Below, piece after piece: positions 1-12,789 of a stretch of DNA of 64,000 bases. The position numbers and the translations under genes are program-made. Where the stretch lies: positions 310,001 through 374,000 of the forward strand of contig JAYWIR010000038.1 in NCBI GenBank assembly GCA_036172245.1. Direction: 5' to 3'. The stretch's first letter is position 1; each line of letters opens with the position of its first letter. Under the pieces are notes generated by a model. The model saw only the letters and a list, made by a program, of their open reading frames with translations. It was not told the DNA's origin and did not search any database. Origin of the DNA: Raillietiella orientalis. Taxonomy: Eukaryota.

Positions 1-945
1 GTGTGGAGAAACTTCCTCACGGGGAGAGGTCGGGTCTTCAGACCTAAGGTTTCGCTCCACGCACCTCCCACAGTTCGGGTCCAAACACCCCTGCGTCCAG
101 TGATGCCGGCGGGTCGTGGGCAGGATCAACAACCTCCCTTGCTGCATGGCTGCCTTCCCTGAGGGAACACATGGGCAGCAGCCTCCGGCTACATGGGAGG
201 TTCGTGTGGAAAACCCCGGAAGGAGGTCTGGACGAATAGACGACGGGCCAGCTAACGGACGCTGCGACCCCAAGTGCTCTCTACTGCACTGGAACCTCCC
301 GTGCAACGACCACCGGCATCACTGGACTCGGGGGTGTTTGGACCCGAACTGTGCGAGGTGCGTGGAGCGCGAATGCCTCCCTCATCTGTTAGTGGATTGT
401 ATCGCCCTCCAGTCCCTCTGGGAACGCTTTCCCGCGGCCCTGGGAACAACCGGCGGCAACTTGAGGGGCGCTTTAAGACCCCTCCTCTCACGCGACGCAT
501 TTCGGCCGCAGCCTCGCTAGCAGCCCTCTGCTGCCTACGCGGGATCGTCGCTGCACGGAGCGACGCAACAGGAGGACCCAGCGATAGGGATGCCGTCCAC
601 TTCGCCGTCCTTTTCATCAGGATGGCAACAAGATGGCCCCATGTGAACAGCATTATCCAGCACGACCTTGTCGGCATCCTACAGAGGACGCACTGGACCG
701 CCACCAGCAGAACGCGATCCCTTCCCACACACACACACACCTCAAAGTTATTTATTTAGTTTTATTTTTGTTTCCTTTTTTTCCTGTTTGCTCCCTCCCT
801 GCTGCTGCCGTGGTGGACCTCACCGGTCTGCACACCGGTTATCTGGCAGGCTCACATCATGAAGCGCATGGCTGGACCACCGGTCCAACAACAGTTCTCA
901 GAAAATGTTTATCTTTTGTTGAGATAAATGCCATGGCGCTCGGGT
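1..945 (+). mobile_element. 3' end of a decayed L1/Tx1-like non-LTR retrotransposon (ORF2 C-terminal CCHC zinc knuckle plus 3' UTR)
   Basis: Frameshifted translation LLHWNLPCNDHRHHWTRG..CARCVERECLPHLLVDC..LW fits the C-x2-C..H-x4-C zinc-binding tail of LINE ORF2. It is homologous at protein and DNA level to the copy at 48275-49560 (-). Confidence 0.6.
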
Positions 946-3900
946 GGGAATCGAGTTGCACACGCCGGGGTGGACCTGGGGAGCAGCAGCAGCAGATGGT
1001 CCCCGTAAGCCAACATGGCGGGCGTACCGGGATACGAGCTTCGCAGGGTTGCCAGAGTCTCCCTGTAAGCTCTCAGCAACAGTTCGAAATAGGTGCTGAA
1101 GGGCGGGGGGCTCAGTTGTTGCTTTGCCGCATCCCGCGTCACCCTACCCATATGCGATCTGCCCTATCTGTTCCGCCTTCAGGAGGTTTTCGCAGGGAGC
1201 ATTCCTGCTTCCGGCGCTCCCGCCCACACCAAGAGAAATCTTCCTCCGGTATCGCCACGTTAGTCGGGCGACCCCGTAAAGCAAGTTCACCTCGAAAACG
1301 AAGATAGAAGTCCGGGGCATAACCCCCCTCCCCCACCCTAAGAGAAGGAAGAGCCGTGGCTGATGGATAGGAAGGAGAAGCCTCCGCCATCTTGAAAATC
1401 CCGAAAGAGGAGGCCAGGATGGCTGGAGGAATTCCCTTCCGAGACCGCGCATCGGAGCGCCTTGAGGGTTCCCAACAAAAGGCGTTGGGGGCCATGCCCG
1501 GAAGGCAGGCAGGTGGTGTGCTGAGAACGGGAAGTTCCCAAAGCGGAGCGTTCCTAGAGGGAAGTTCAGACGTCCGCGACGTGAGCGACGCAGACTCTCC
1601 AGGGGCGGAGGTCCCTAAAGAGTGCTCGTGACGCCCGCGTCCGCAAAAGTCCACCGGATGGGGGCTGAGGGAAGCGACAGAGGGGAGGAAGCCGCGCCCC
1701 CAAGGGTCATGTTCGAAAGGCATGCTTGGTCTTTGTCAGGCGACCTTGGTGACGTAGTAACGGCAGCTCTCTTTCTTCGCGGGTGACATCAGGGATGCCG
1801 GGGAAAGGCACCGCGGAATAGCGGACGTCCCTCGAAGCAGCATCCCAGTTGACATGGGGACGGTGACGAGGCATGAACACGTCCGAGGCAGGGGAGTGAA
1901 CAAAACCGAAGGGAAGGCGGCGATGTGTGACGTTCCCGTTTCAAGTGGGGACGGACCGGCTGTCCCTCGCAAAGCTCCGCCGCCGCACCAGACGTGTTCC
2001 TCGATCTCTCCCGCCCGGCTGTGCTGCCTCCAGCCGCAGGACGCGCGAGTCGAGAGGGGAGCGAGCGAGCAGCAGCTTGCCGCCCGTCCCCCCCCCCCCC
2101 CCGTCTTCTTCCTTCGCCGGCTTCCCTCGGTTGGTTCGCGCGCCGGCAGATGGCGGCAGCGGCGGCTCGACGGACGCGCTCTCCGGCGAGCAGGCACGGA
2201 AGCTCCGTCGTCCTCCGCGCGGAGTGGGGCGACGTGCTGCGGCGTCGCACGAAACGAACCTCCCGAAAGATGCACGGCGCTCCTTGGGTCCTCCTCCTGG
2301 ATGCGGAAAGCTCGTTGGTGCTGAAAATCGCATCCGCCCGCGGCGAGCCGCTCGAGCGAACGTGCAGTTCCAGGGGTGCCCTGCGCGTGGTCTTAGATCC
2401 CCGTCCTGCGGCTGCTCAGGAATCCGTGGAGGAGAAGCTCCACGGGTGTGGGTCCCTGGCGACGTGCGCGGACGAGGCGGGATCAGAGTCGCCAGGCCAA
2501 GCAGCGACCGGTGCATCAAAACCAGCAATGACCACAGAACGGTTGGAGATGTGGATGCGGGGGAAGACACAGCGACACCAGCAGTGGATGATGGACTATC
2601 GCCAGGTCGCCGTCGCCGTTAGGGATTGCTGATGTCTGTGCAGAGGAATGGAGAAGAGCCGAACCGCTCGCGGCAGCGACACCACCGCCGTCTGCGGTCG
2701 TTTACCGGGGCACACGCGTCCAGGGAAGACGCAACCGGAGGGAGATCCAGCAGACGAATCTCCGGCGCCGGACGGGCGCCCGGGAGACCTGGCGGGAACG
2801 GCCGATCGGTCCTCCTTCCCGGTCGGCGGCCGGATGTTCTCAGCGCCGGCGCGGCTGCGCTGCCCACCTCTCACTTCCGACCCAAAGTTTCCCCGCTTGC
2901 CTGCACTCGGGCGGAAGGGGAAGACGGAGAGCAACGTGGCTGCCCGAACGCCCCATCTCTTCGCGCGCGGAAACGGGCGCTTCGGAAGACGGCGATTGGT
3001 CGACCCCGCCGGAGCGCCATCTCGGAGCGTGGAAGGGCAGGGCAGCTCGGCTCCCGCTCCGCGACCCGGAATCTGGGATTTGGCGGCGGCGAGGGGAGAG
3101 ATCCCTCCTCGCGACGTCGCCACCTGAAAAACGAGGCGTTCCTTCCTCCGCCCCAGGAAACGAGGGGGTCCCAGTGAGATGGCAGCAGGCTCCGTCGCCA
3201 GCTGGCTCCCAATCCGAATTCCTCTCCTCCTCCTCCTCCCCGCCCCGACCTCGAAGAAGGAATCGAACCAGGACAGAGCACGTGTGATAGGTGTCAGAGC
3301 ATCAGCGCAGGGGGGGAAGGCGATCACGAAGGGCGCGTAGGGGCGACTTGCCAGGAGAGAGCCGCAGCCACACATCCGGGTGCCGGGCGCTTCGCAAGGC
3401 GCTCGCAGCGCACTCGTGCGCTAGGCGGCCGACTGCGGAAGCGGTTGCCCAGTGAAGGCGATTGCGCGTGCGCGGGGGCATATGCAGACGCCACTGCTTC
3501 TCGCCAAGTCCGTTGCACTCGCTCGCGGGCGAGCGGGCAGCAGGCTCTTCCGGCGCGCCGCTCCCGTGGCGTTTCCGGCTACTGAGTGGAAAGGGAATGT
3601 GGGAGGGGAAGGAGGTCTCCTCCTAGGGGCATCGACCAAGGGAGGCGTGCCCGTCTCAGGACGAAAAACAAAGCGGCCCCTGCCTGCTGCTGCTGCTGCT
3701 CACCGAAAGACGGCGCCGCCTCCGTGGAGCCTTCCGACATGCTCCGGAGGGCGGCGCTCTGCGAACACGCGGAGCCGGCGCCCTCCCCTCCTTTCTCTTT
3801 CGGCCCCCCGTCGAAGCGGTGCGGGTGTGGGTGGGGGGGTGCCACTAGGCTCTCCTTCCCCGCCCCCTCCCGTCCTTTCCTTGTCTACGGGAAGGAAGGC

Positions 3901-5950
3901 GGTTGTGCCAGGGGAATCCCCAAGGAGGGGAGGGACATCGGCGGGGGGAGAGCCCGAAGAGAAAGAGCGAGGTGCCGCGGGTTTCCGAGCGACCACACGA
4001 CCGCCGGTTGCCCCCTGCGAGCTCCCGTGCTATCTCCCTGGCAACCGAGAAGAAACCGGCGCGTAAGGGTGGGCAGTGAAGTGAGCGTGAGCGACCGATG
4101 CTGTGTGCGGCGCGAGTGCGCGAGACCCGAAAAGGTGGATCCCCTCCCTCCCACCTCCCCTCTCCGGCTTTCCGCACGGCCTCCCCGGGACTTCTTCCGG
4201 TGCACACTCTGTGCCTCCTCGATGGGAAAAAGGAGGGAGAAGGGCAGCTCCACGTCCCATAGCGAGCTAACGACTCTCTTCTCCCCTCCCTCCTCCTGCC
4301 CTACTGAGACCACCATCACGATTACTGCTATTGCCACTTCTGCTACTACTAGCACTACTGATAGTCTTACTGTTTCGACAAATACCACAGCTAAAATTGC
4401 TACTACTACTACTACTACTATTGTGATTCAAGCTATTGCTGCTATTATTATTACTGTCACTACCATTGCTACTGTGAATGCTGATTACTGCTGCTGCTGC
4501 TAATGTTACTACTTCTACTACTATTGCTACTGTTACTACAAATACGACTGCTTCCAATACTATTATTATTACTACTGCTACTGCTAATATTGCGACTCCT
4601 ACTACTAGTAATACTACTTCAGCTGCTATTATTACTACTGTCATTATTACTACTACTCCACCTAACTCTAGTACCTCCACTACTACCGCTTCTACTACTA
4701 CCTTAACTACCTCTAGTACTACGACCACCTTCACTACCACCTCTACTACTGCCGATGCACCCGTTTGCTTCTCCTAGCTTTGGGGGTGACGAGGGGGACT
4801 TCGCGAGCGTTACCTCCATTTCGGGGAAGGGGTATGCGCGGGCTTCTGCCCCACTCGTGGGGCCAGCTGACGTATGAGGTGGGGCGCGAGCGGGTCTGCC
4901 TCTTCCAGAGACGCGTCCGCAGGCGGTCTCTGCGCTTCCGGAGCCATCGGAGCGCGTCGCGCGGGCGGCAGCCGCTCCGTTTCCTTCCTGCTCGGACGCA
5001 AAGAAACGCCTCGGCGTCGAGGCCGCGGTCACACTTCAGACGTTGCTAGGCGACAGGTCCGCTCACGGGGGGGGGGGGGGGGAAGACCGATTCGCCGGCA
5101 GGATGTTGACCAGCCGCGGATGCCATGGCCGGCGCCTTCCCTAGCGACCCTCTCCGAGGTCGGCCGGGTCTTCGTGAAGTCCAGGGCAGGGGGAGGGCCG
5201 GCATCCCTGCTCGGTGGGGAGGCTCTCCGCCGCCGCCCGCCCTCTGCTTGCGCTCCCTCGCTTTGCCGATACTTGGCCGCGGGCGGCTCGCTCGCCTTGC
5301 CCGGGAGCCGCCGCCTTACTTCGCCGACCCAGGGCATCTCTCTCCAGGCAGCGGCTGACTGGACGGAGCTCACGACTGGCGGCTCCGCACGACTCGACCG
5401 CTGCGCAGCTCTGCTCGGTCCGGAGGCGTTTCGGGGGACGGGAACCAAGTACTCCCTTATGCGCCCGCAGGAAGGCCAGACGGCAGAAGGACCGCGGTAG
5501 CCCGGCAGCCTCGTTCGGGCCCTCCGGGGGCACCCCTCAAATCCAGCAGAAGGGGTGGCAGGAGGAGACCAGCTGGTCGCGGAGGCAACGCACGCGCCAC
5601 AAAGGAGTTTCCGGGGTGGAAGGTGTGCAGGAAGACCCCAGGGGAGGAGGCAACGCGCCCTGCCTCCGGCGAATGCGCTCGCGTCCAGTCCACCCTCACC
5701 GCCAACGCCGCCGATGGCTCCCCTCCAGAGACGTTCGAAAGGCGGACCGCCGTCTCGCGACGCGGACGAGCACCCAAAACGGCACGGAAAGTTCCACACA
5801 GAGAGGAAGCGTCCTCCCGCGCGTTTCCGGATGATGGCCGCCCAGGTGGTCCTTCGGTAACGTGAGCGCCGGTTTCCAGCCGGCCGCCTCCGAGTGCGCA
5901 CGTTTTCATTGCCTCCTTCGCAGTTCCTACGCGCCTCTGCGCAGCCCTAA
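946..5950 (+). mobile_element. Highly decayed L1/Tx1-like LINE (ORF1, AP endonuclease and RT remnants)
   Basis: Ordered but degenerate, frameshifted motifs. Endonuclease end SNDHRTV...WMMDYRQV (~2520-2610, cf. SDH...WKLN). RT motifs HSWGQLTYEV, ASRGRQ, DQPRMPW, APHDST at ~4850-5410 (cf. WRPISLLNxDYK, GFxxGRQ, DxxKAFDRVxW, YADD). Boundaries are approximate. Confidence 0.4.
4310..4752. repeat. Degenerate (ACT/ATT/GCT)n trinucleotide low-complexity tract
   Basis: Directly visible actactact/attattact/gctgct runs over ~440 bp, AT-rich within GC-rich flanks. Confidence 0.9.
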
Positions 5951-7713
5951 CCCGAGTTTCCCACGGGCTGCGAGGTGCCCTTTGAGTGACGTGCGTTTCC
6001 AAAACCCAAATCCTTTTCGAACGTGGGGTTATCTAACCTGAGGGAGCGAGCTCTTACTGGGAACGGCAAGCTCCAGAGCACGGAGGAAGGGGCAAGAAGC
6101 ACCCGCGGTAAAAATAAAGAACGCGGGCATAGCAAAAGTAGGGGAGATGCGGAAGGGAACCGAGGAGGTGCCGCTCGAAAAAGAGTGGTCTAAAAGAACT
6201 GCATCTGGCAGAGGAATGGTAATGGTGGATGAAGGGTTTGTGTGCGTGTGGGTCTTCACTAGACGAAAGGAGGAACAACCCTCCGTGGTTTCACTTTTCA
6301 CATCCAACGAGGGGCGTGGTGGATGCCACTGGAACTTCCGAACGGAATGCGTAAGGAAGCTTCCAGGTGCGATCCCGAAACCGAAAAGGCCGATGCAGCA
6401 GCAGTCCTCAATAAAAGTCTTTCTGCCTCCGATGGATGAGCCAAGGCGAGCCTCTCGGCTTTTTATGGATTCCACAGCTGGCGCGGGATAAAACGGAAAG
6501 ACGTGCAAAGTACGGCAGAAGGTGTGTTCCGCTGCCTCGTCTCAGAGAACCATTGGAGTCGAGGTGAGAATCCTTCGACCGAAGAGACGGCCAGTCTGAG
6601 GTCTCTTTGCCGATCGAATGGCCAAAATTTCCCCCCCCCCTTCCCCCCACCCCCCTCTCTCTCGTCTGGGAGTGTTTGACAAGTCTTTCGTTTCCTCGTG
6701 TCACGCCAGGCCCCCACCTCGTGGGGAAAGAGTCACGCAAAAGACTCTTTTCCCAAGCTCCTGATGACACTCTTTGTCTACACCTTGTCTGCAAGATCTG
6801 TCCTTCTCCATTTCGTCCTTTCCACTCTTCTCCCCTCGGTCCCCGGTTCCTTGCCCTTTCTAAAATTCTTATCTGTGGGCACCGCGCGTCTTCGGTCAAT
6901 TGGGTCCGACGGCATGCGAACGCCAGCAATTAGAAGGCTGTGAGCTGGCATGGAATAAATGGGTGGCACCCTTCTCGCAGGTTCTCGCAGTCCGTGAATC
7001 TATGAAAATTTGATAGAATTTGGATGCCCCCCAAACAAAAAAGCCATCGACCACAATTAAGAGACTGCTCATAAACGGCCGCTTTCGCGTGAAGCATTTG
7101 GAGGTGTACAACGGGAAGATGATGTTCGGCCTGCGTCAAGGAAGCTGTTTTTGACGTGATTGGGCTGCTGCTGCCTAGAAGCAGGAATGGGGGGGGGAGG
7201 CATTTCATTTCTCTATTCACGATCGTCCTCCCATTTGAAAGTATTAAAATTCCTTTTTTGCCCACTGATTTATTAGATTGGAAACCTGCCTATGTCGTTG
7301 TGTCCTTAATTTTGCCTGTCGCCGTTTCGTTTTCCCATTTTCTTTCTTTCCTTTTTTGCGCTCCATGCATTCCTCGACCATCTCTGATTGAATTCCTTTC
7401 CCGCTGAATACATTTTTTTTTTTTTTTTGCTCCCCCATTATGTTTCAGCATTCGTTTCATTATGCCTTGTGGATTAGCCACCTTCGAATTGCAGTCGACG
7501 TGGCTGCTGCTTGTCGAATCCCTTTTTGGAACACATTTTGAAAAAATTAATCCTTTTTGGGAAATCGTTCTGGAATGGCAGTCAGCATGCCGGTAACGGG
7601 ACAGAAAGAGGGAGAGAGTCAGAGGGCCGCTTGGGCAACGTGCGCAAGAAGGAAATACTTTCAGTGTAAGTAAAATTGAAGAAAATCGAGGGAAAAGAAA
7701 GACCGCTAGAGTA

Positions 7714-7744
<31 letters not shown>

Positions 7745-8182
7745 AAAGAAAAAAAGAATCGGCTATGATATGACAAAATGAAAATTGGGGCGATGGGTTT
7801 GGTAAGGAGCAGTTGTAGGGAGCAAGCTTAAACTGGCAACTTCAAGTATGAACCTACGATTGGAGTGTACACCAGTGTACACAATTCACTCGACTCAAAT
7901 GTCGTCGAGCTATGCAAAATGCATGCATCCACTTCTTACCCCCTAACATGTTTTGAAATTTTTCTCCTTTTTGGGTTGCCGCTGAATAAAACACAGGATT
8001 GTGCAGTTATAACTCATGTGAGGATGCACAGTTATAAACAGGAAAAAATATATATACATATTTTTTATTTTTCCGTTTTTCGGACCGACAGAATTTTCCA
8101 ATTTTGCCCTCAACGTACTGGAAAGAAACCAATCTTTGAGGGAATTATTTTCGAAACGAGTTCATTCTCACCTTGAGAATCC

Positions 8183-8458
8183 TATCGATTCTATCGAATA
8201 TGGAGGTGTATCAAGGGAGAGGGAGAGAGAGAGAGAGAGAGAGGGAAGGAGAGAAAAAAAAATAAAATGGGATAAAAAAAGGGAGGGGAAGAAGAGGAAT
8301 AAGAGCCAGGGTGAGGACGAGGAGGAGGAAAAGGCTCTAAAATAGCATGGAATTTTCGCTCAGCTTGACGGACGCCAAGCCGGATTTTCGCTTTGCTGGA
8401 ATTTTTCCGGCTCGGTCCCCGGGTAAGCGCGGCCATGTTTGTGATCGATGGCGGGAAA
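8183..8458 (+). promoter_or_regulatory. Putative promoter motifs of the Df31-like gene (DRE-like, YY1-like, E2F)
   Basis: TATCGATT at 8183-8190 (DRE WATCGATW), GCCATGTT at ~8432-8439 (YY1-type core) and GGCGGGAAA at 8450-8458 (reverse TTTCCCGCC, E2F consensus), all 110-390 bp upstream of ATG 8571. These short motifs could occur by chance. Confidence 0.3.
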
Positions 8459-8570
8459 GCAGGAAGCCATGCGCATTGTAGTTGCATAGGTTGTTTACGG
8501 AGGAGGTGCCCCATTGTGAGCGTGGCTCGAGCGTTCTGTCAATAAGTTGACAAGCAAAAACCGAACTAAA

Positions 8571-11062
8571 ATGGCTGATGTTGTAGTCGAAGACAAGCAG
8601 TAAGTGTATCTTGGTCCATTTGAGAGCCGCTTTCTCGTATCATTGTTTCCTATGTAAAGGTTTCTTTCTCCCCCCCCCCCCCCCCATTTTTTTTTCTTTT
8701 TGGATTCTGTGCGGTCGCAAACGGCAACGCCGGCTTGCCGCCGCTGCTCCCGCAGCAACGCTACGAAAACGGAGGCGTCTCTCGCACTCCATCTTTCAGC
8801 AAGCTCCGAGGTCCTGGACCCTTGTTCCAGAACTGCTCGGTCCGGCGGTGTCTTGACGAGCAGGACCGTGAAATGAAAAAAAAAAAACAAAAAAAGAAAA
8901 AGAAAAGAAAACGGTTGGAAGTTCCCGTCCCGGCGACGAGTGCCCCTATTCTTTCGCGTGGCTTGTACAGAGATAAGTGTACACCCGGCGTTTCGAAAGG
9001 GGTCACTTGGTCCCGGGACGATGCGCGAACGTTTGCACCACCGCGCGAAGATTTTTCTCCTCCCCCCCTTAAAAAAGAAAATGCCGAGTACGGATAAAAT
9101 GAGAAGGTTTTTGCAGAGCTCGCGTTTTCAGTGCTCGTAAGCAAAAAGTTGCAACCGTTCGTCCCCCCCCCCCCGACGGCAGCGTAAAATAGGGGGGGGG
9201 GGGGGGAAGGTTTGAGCGTCGGAACGTGTAGGTGTTCGGGGACCGAGATGGTGGGAGGGGGGGGAGGGCAGCATCCCCACGGGTGTGTTTGTGCCACTCT
9301 GGGACCCCTGGACGCGAGGTGATTTGAATTCTCTGCACGTCACCTGGAGGTCCCCCTCCCCATCGGTTTTTCCCTTTTTCCATCGGGTCGAGCAAATCCG
9401 CCGTGACCCAAATGGGATCTTCAGTTTCAGGAAGGAACCGAAGAGTTCTCGGCTGTCGACGCAGAGAATATATGTGTGTGTGTGTGTTTTTCAAGCGTTA
9501 CTTTTTATGTTCCCCCTCCCGGTGGAGTACCGCGCGTCGCCCCAGGCTACGTTCCACGTGACTTCGGTTTCGCCCGTCCCCACCGGGAAGGAAGGCGAAA
9601 CTGCCGGCCCCCGCCATGTGGGAAGTGTGTGTGTGTGTGTGTGTGTGTAGCACCCATTCGTTGTGCGTGCGTGTTTTTGTGTTGTGTGTTGTGACCTGAC
9701 CAGCGGCGTTCCTCAACCCTCGTCGGAAGTCTCGTAGTGCACCGGCGAACTCCTCTCCGGCCGGGCAGCTGTTCCGACCGGTTTTGACCCACCCGTAGGA
9801 ATAAGTCGATGGATACCGAAATAAAAATTCACTTATTTTTTTTTTTCCAAGGGACTGTTGGCCATCCCTGCGTGTTTTTGGTGCCGATGGCGTTTTTTCT
9901 TTTTTTTTACGTTGTTGTTGTTTGTCTCCTTGCCTTTGAGCGCGCGTATTTATGCCCCAAAGTGCAACTAATGCTTGAAAATTTTGTGGACATCTTTGAC
10001 GATCAAATCAGTGCTACAAAAAATGCAACATGTGAAAATGTTTTTTGTTTGTTTGTTTCTTAGTACATGCGTCGCACCATGGCTACTGCTGTGGTGGCCG
10101 TCTCACCAGTGGCCCCATCGGGCTGGTTCACTTCTCCCAGTGAGGTGTCGGTATTGCAAGGAATGTATCTGGGGGTTCATTAGCTCGTTTGCCTGCAAAC
10201 GTGCCTAAGTATATACATATTTTCGCATTGCGAGCGATTTCTCAGTACGAGTGTGTGGACGAACCCTTTTCCCCTCAGACAGACAGACAGAAACACGTGA
10301 TGAAGTTTTGCTTCCACTGGGAAATCATGTCGATCATTTAAGGGGGAAAGCATTTCCTTTGATGATGAATGATGGATTTTTTGGCTCCTCACCCATTTTT
10401 TTTTTTTTTTTCCCTACGAGTTTGCATGGGAGAGTGCTTGACATGAATATGGTTCCTGCTTTCCTTCCTCCCCCTTGTAGCTTGAACTACTTTGTGGCTA
10501 ATTGCTTTCCTTCCGGGTATTTATGCTTTCCTTTTTTTTTTTTTTCTTTTTTCTTTTTTTCCCTTGCAAATACAGTTGCGTTGAAGGTGCGTGCATGGGG
10601 TGTACATGTATTGTGAAAGAACCGTGCATCCTTCGCGAGAGTTGTGTTTCTAATTGAAATTTTCCGTACAGAAATGAGGTAGAAGTCGCAGCGGAAGAGA
10701 AGAACGCGGAAGAGAACGGAGTTGAGGAAACGAACGGCTGGAAGGAGAAGACGGAGAGCGAAGCTGCGGAATCAGGTATTGCTTTCTCAACGCCCCGGTA
10801 ACGGTTTCTCACCTTTCTCTCCCCCCCTCCCTCCCTTCCCCCTCCCTCCCTTCCCCCTCCCTCCCCGAAAAAAGACCAAGAAGCGAAGGAAGAGGAGGAA
10901 GCGGACAACGAGGAGGAGGCAGCGCCCAAGGAACCCGTGAAACGCAAGAGCGTTTCCTCCAGCGATGTGGAAGCTCCCAACGAGGAGGTGGTGGTCAGTC
11001 CCGAAAAAAAAGCAAAGGTGGACGTTACAGCTGGCCACGAAGGCGCGGAAGTAGCTGCATAA
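8571..11062 (+). CDS. Df31: Df31 (decondensation factor 31)/prothymosin-like small acidic chromatin protein, ~106 aa, 3 coding exons
   Basis: Exons 8571-8599, 10672-10775 and 10875-11062 with GT..AG introns join in frame to MADVVVEDKQNEVEVAAEEKNAEENGVEETNG...EPVKRKS...VSPEKKAKVD...GAEVAA*. The MADV start, ENG repeats, VKRK and (S/T)PEKKAK NLS and EVAA end match Drosophila Df31 as I recall it. AATAAA at 11162. Confidence 0.75.
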
Positions 11063-11161
11063 ACATGTTCATTACACTTGATTCCGGTGTTTGTTATTGA
11101 GACGTGGTAAATTTGGGATTCGTAGTCAAGGTTGGCATCACCGATTTGAGTTTCTCTGTAA

Positions 11162-11167
11162 AATAAA
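11162..11167 (+). terminator. Polyadenylation signal of the Df31-like gene
   Basis: AATAAA 100 nt downstream of the stop codon. Confidence 0.55.
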
Positions 11168-11204
11168 ACAGAAAAATGAAAAGAAAAAAAAAAAAGAAAA
11201 AAGC

Positions 11205-11241
<37 letters not shown>

Positions 11242-12789
11242 AAAAAAACAGAAAAAAGACTCGCGCGGTGTTTTCGGAGCTGCTGGTCGTGCTCCCGAGG
11301 GGTAGGGGAAGAGCCCCCCCACCCCACCGCGTCTCGTTCGCGCCCGAAAAGCCTCTCTGTGTGTGTGTGCCGCGGAAAAAGGAAGCGGCGGCGTGGGAAA
11401 TGACCCCCGAGGGCTGTTGTGTGTGCAGGGGGAACGCCCTCCCAGAGGAGCCCTTCCTGAAGCAAATCGGGAGGCACGTCCTCCTCCCGCCTCCGCATAC
11501 GTGGAGGAGGGCGGTGTGTGTTTTTTTTTTTTTTCTTCCGTACGTGTACACGCCGCATCGTACTCGTATCCGTAAGCGGCGGTTGCGCCGGTCACGAAGC
11601 GGAGAGCACTGGGGTGGGAAGTGGCTGCTGGCGCAGCTTTGGAACGATTCCAGCGCGAGGATGCTGCTATACTTGTAAGTAGGCAGCACGCAGACTATTA
11701 ATAAATCTCCCGTGTTTTGAGTGCTCGCGCATGAGCCGGTGCAAGGTCGGGTGTTTTTTTCTACGTGATGGCATGTCGCGTGCGCGGATCCGCAAGTACC
11801 CCATCCCGTCTTCGAGATGAGCGTGCGGGAACTGCGGAGTCTTCGCCCCACGGGTCGTTCCGTCTCGACCTTCCGCGCGCCGCCGGGAGACCCCAGGGCT
11901 CGGCAGCGTGCGGACGGGTCTTCAGGCCAAGAGCGGCGCGATGGTGGACTCGGGCAGGGTTTTCCGTCATCCAGGGAAACGCGCCGAATCCGCCCCCGGG
12001 GGGGCTGCTGCGAGAAACCAACTGCACGCCGCGCCGCGTTCGGTCAAGTTTTTAGAGATTTTCCCGTTTGCCTTCGGGATAGTTACAGAGCGTGCCTGTG
12101 GTCAGCGCTCTCCACCTTTCCGTAGAGCGAAGAACTCCCCGCCAGCGTGCATCAACAAGGTCGTCGTAATTTCTGTCGCGAGTCCTCAAAAAAAAAAAAA
12201 AAGAAAAAAAAAAAAAGAGGAACCGATCGTGAACCAGTTTCTCCGAAAGATGCAGTCACGCATGCTTCACGTTTCCATGTATGCGAAGGGAGGAGCCTCT
12301 CTCCCAGAAGAGGCAGTCTGCTGCCGCCTCGATTCCTCCCGCCGTGGAAGGAAGGTAACACTGAACCCCGCCGACGTCTGCAGCTGTTCCTCGAAGGCGC
12401 TGACGCTGCGAGGGTTTTCAGCTCGGCTGGAATGGAGGTTGGGTGATCTCCGGGCCTGCGGCACGCGCAGCGGCTTTCCGACAGTTGCGCGGCGGGCTCA
12501 ACTCAAAAGCAAGCCGACGGTCGTGTCCAAGAGTGTCCTGAGGTGTAGTCCTCCGTGCGTCACCCGGGCGCGTCAGTGGAAACGGTGCGCAACGGGAACG
12601 CTGGTCGCCGCCGATTCGAAAGGAAAGCCGATCGCGCGCTCGGGTGCAGAGGGCGACGAGCAGACCGCGGGGCCCGTGGCGTTTGGATAGGTGCGCAAAG
12701 TAAAGAAGAAGAATTTCTTTCTTATTCCTTCCGTTCTCTGGAAGTTGCAGTTTCGTGTTGATCAAGGGGCCGTGTTGACCCAGTAGAAA

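Noticed and set aside
4267..4777. Thr-rich mucin-like or Val/Leu-rich ORFs
   Set aside because: Translations of a degenerate trinucleotide repeat. The frame shifts mid-tract and there is no splice or signal-peptide context.
10498..11595. 365-aa minus-strand ORF
   Set aside because: Antisense shadow of the Df31-like exons plus microsatellites.
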